The position numbers and the translations under genes were made by a program. Below the pieces are notes generated by a model that saw nothing but the letters and a program-made list of their open reading frames with translations, had not been told where the DNA came from and did no database searches. From a candidate division WOR-3 bacterium (GTDB lineage Bacteria; Hydrothermota; Tepidihabitantia; Tepidihabitantales; Tepidihabitantaceae): a stretch of DNA of 64,000 nucleotides. This document shows, one piece after another, positions 62,566 through 64,000 of the stretch (its first letter is position 1; each line of letters opens with the position of its first letter). The DNA lies in the NCBI GenBank assembly GCA_965649225.1, contig CBFGJX010000004.1, positions 1 through 64,000 of the forward strand, written 5' to 3'.

Positions 62566-63288
62566 ATGAGGTATGCAGCGATTGCCCTGTGCCTGCTGAT
62601 TGGGGCCAGCGCAGTCCTGGCGAGCGATACGCCGGACTGCCACTGGCAGCAGAAGCAGGCCTGGCAGTATCAGAACGGCAACTGGGTTCAGATGCCGCTC
62701 AACGACCGTGCCGCCCGGGCACGGGCCTGGTCGTATGTCACCGACTATCGTGATTCCTGCAACAAGGAAGTCTGGCGACTGGTGCTGAAGCACGAGGCGA
62801 GCGTCGCGCAGTGGATGGTCATCTGGATGAACGCCGATGGCTTTCACTGGGCCGTCCGTAAGCCGGGCGAGTACATCACCGACTGTGTCGAGTTCGGCTT
62901 CCGGAGCAACTACGATGTGGTGGTGACATTCAGCGGTTTCGAGGACCTGCAGCCGCTTGATCCGAACAAGACCATCGACCAGGCGATTGAAGTGCAGTAT
63001 GCGCTCAGCGATAACGGTACCGTGCCGCCGGCTCCGACCGATCCGGCCTGGACCACGGCCGCTGATCTGAACGACCTTGTCATCAGGGTTCAGGACAGCG
63101 AGAATCTGCACTACGTCGGCTGGAAGAAACATATCTGGGCACGGATTCACGTGTCACCCTGCAACGGGCCGACCGACTACGTCGACCCGAACTGGGCAAC
63201 TATCACCTGCACGTTGCAGTGCATCCGCGACTGGATTGACCCGGCCACCGGGCTTTACAGCGGGATGCCCAACTTTCCGTTTCAGTGA
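62566..63288 (+). CDS. Uncharacterised secreted Cys/Trp-rich protein
   Basis: TAAGGAGG SD, signal peptide, six Cys in the mature part, strongly GC3-biased codons. Confidence 0.85.
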   Translation: MRYAAIALCLLIGASAVLASDTPDCHWQQKQAWQYQNGNWVQMPLNDRAARARAWSYVTDYRDSCNKEVWRLVLKHEASVAQWMVIWMNADGFHWAVRKPGEYITDCVEFGFRSNYDVVVTFSGFEDLQPLDPNKTIDQAIEVQYALSDNGTVPPAPTDPAWTTAADLNDLVIRVQDSENLHYVGWKKHIWARIHVSPCNGPTDYVDPNWATITCTLQCIRDWIDPATGLYSGMPNFPFQ

Positions 63289-63333
63289 TGATAACAGCTG
63301 ACCTGCCCGCAGGGGCCGAGAAGGACTGAGTAG

Positions 63334-64000
63334 TTGCGTCTGTCTGCCTGGAGGATCGTGCTGGCCGCGGCGCTGGTGTCTGTGCCCGCCGCGGCCAGCT
63401 TTTCTGTCAGTCCGCAGTCGATTGTCACCGATGTTGTTGCCGGCGGGCGCAAGCGCGTCGAGATAACCGTCGTCAACGAGACGCCGACACCGCGGGCGCT
63501 GCGCTATTTTCCGGCTCCGTTCCGGCAGAAGCCGGACGGCAGCTATGAGATTGTCGCCGTAGCGGACCCGGTGCGGTCCTGCCATGGCTGGTTCCTGCTT
63601 GATACCGTTACGACAATACTGGGTGCCGGGGAAGGCAGGCTGATCCGGATTGATATCGATATTCCCCGCAACGTTCGTGGCACGTTCTTTGGGGCCGTGG
63701 TTTTTGATTTGATGCCGTCGGATTCGGTGCCGGCCGGGGGGGCGACTGCCGCAGTCGGACTGGTGATGAGAATGCCGGCATTTTTCGAGCTTACTGCCGG
63801 CGGGCGGCAGTTGCGCAGCCGAGTCGAGCTGCTGGACCTGACGGTGCTGACCCCGGCGGAGCTGGGTGGTATCTACGCCCGACGGCTTTCGCCCGATGCA
63901 CTCGGCGTCAAGGCACGAATCCGCAATGCCGGACCGATAAGATTTGAAGTCGGTGGTCATGCCGTGTTGCGTGATTCGCTTGGTCGGCGGGTGAAGTCTT
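63334..64000 (+). CDS. Secreted PapD/EcpB-like Ig-fold protein (runs off the window)
   Basis: Read directly from TTG 63334 after AAGGA: signal peptide, then SFSVSPQSIVTDVVAGGRKRVEITVVNE...GTFFGAVVF...RIRNAG; open to the window end. Confidence 0.7.
   Translation, partial: MRLSAWRIVLAAALVSVPAAASFSVSPQSIVTDVVAGGRKRVEITVVNETPTPRALRYFPAPFRQKPDGSYEIVAVADPVRSCHGWFLLDTVTTILGAGEGRLIRIDIDIPRNVRGTFFGAVVFDLMPSDSVPAGGATAAVGLVMRMPAFFELTAGGRQLRSRVELLDLTVLTPAELGGIYARRLSPDALGVKARIRNAGPIRFEVGGHAVLRDSLGRRVKS

Noticed and set aside
63154..63960. 268-aa minus-strand ORF
   Set aside because: The plus-strand frame from 63334 has an SD, signal peptide and Ig-like pattern, so this is its shadow

Overview
GC-rich bacterial chromosomal window, mostly housekeeping. 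It holds NAD/flavin/nucleoside metabolism, a GDP-sugar/GT2 block, lipoprotein maturation, six tRNAs, the tuf-rpmG-secE-nusG-rplKAJL-rpoBC-rpsLG cluster, recJ, a DtxR/MntR-ZupT unit and a cobalamin-riboswitch-controlled TonB-dependent receptor. It also has five secreted proteins with FlgD-Ig/T9SS-like C-terminal tails, including a gingipain-type C25 protease. Gene content (LolA, Lnt, TonB receptor, CTD proteins, variant EF-Tu switch I) suggests a diderm FCB-group lineage such as candidate phylum WOR-3 (inference). The most notable signals are: (1) a lower-GC cassette pairing a lone DpnA-like methyltransferase with a single-domain MutH-like nuclease, with tandem GATC sites over its own promoter; (2) a recurring TTGACN-16bp-TANNNT promoter placed 5-7 nt before the start codon of about 12 genes, implying pervasive leaderless mRNAs; (3) at the right edge, a long structured leader, an uncharacterised secreted Cys-rich protein and a PapD/EcpB-like Ig protein (candidate novel surface-filament locus); (4) a structured 350-nt intergenic region; and (5) a probable ATT start for lnt, an rpmG stop codon inside tRNA-Trp, and RpoB insertions and rifampicin-pocket substitutions. 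No CRISPR array, rRNA or transposase was seen. All calls are by-eye motif recognition; no searches were run.
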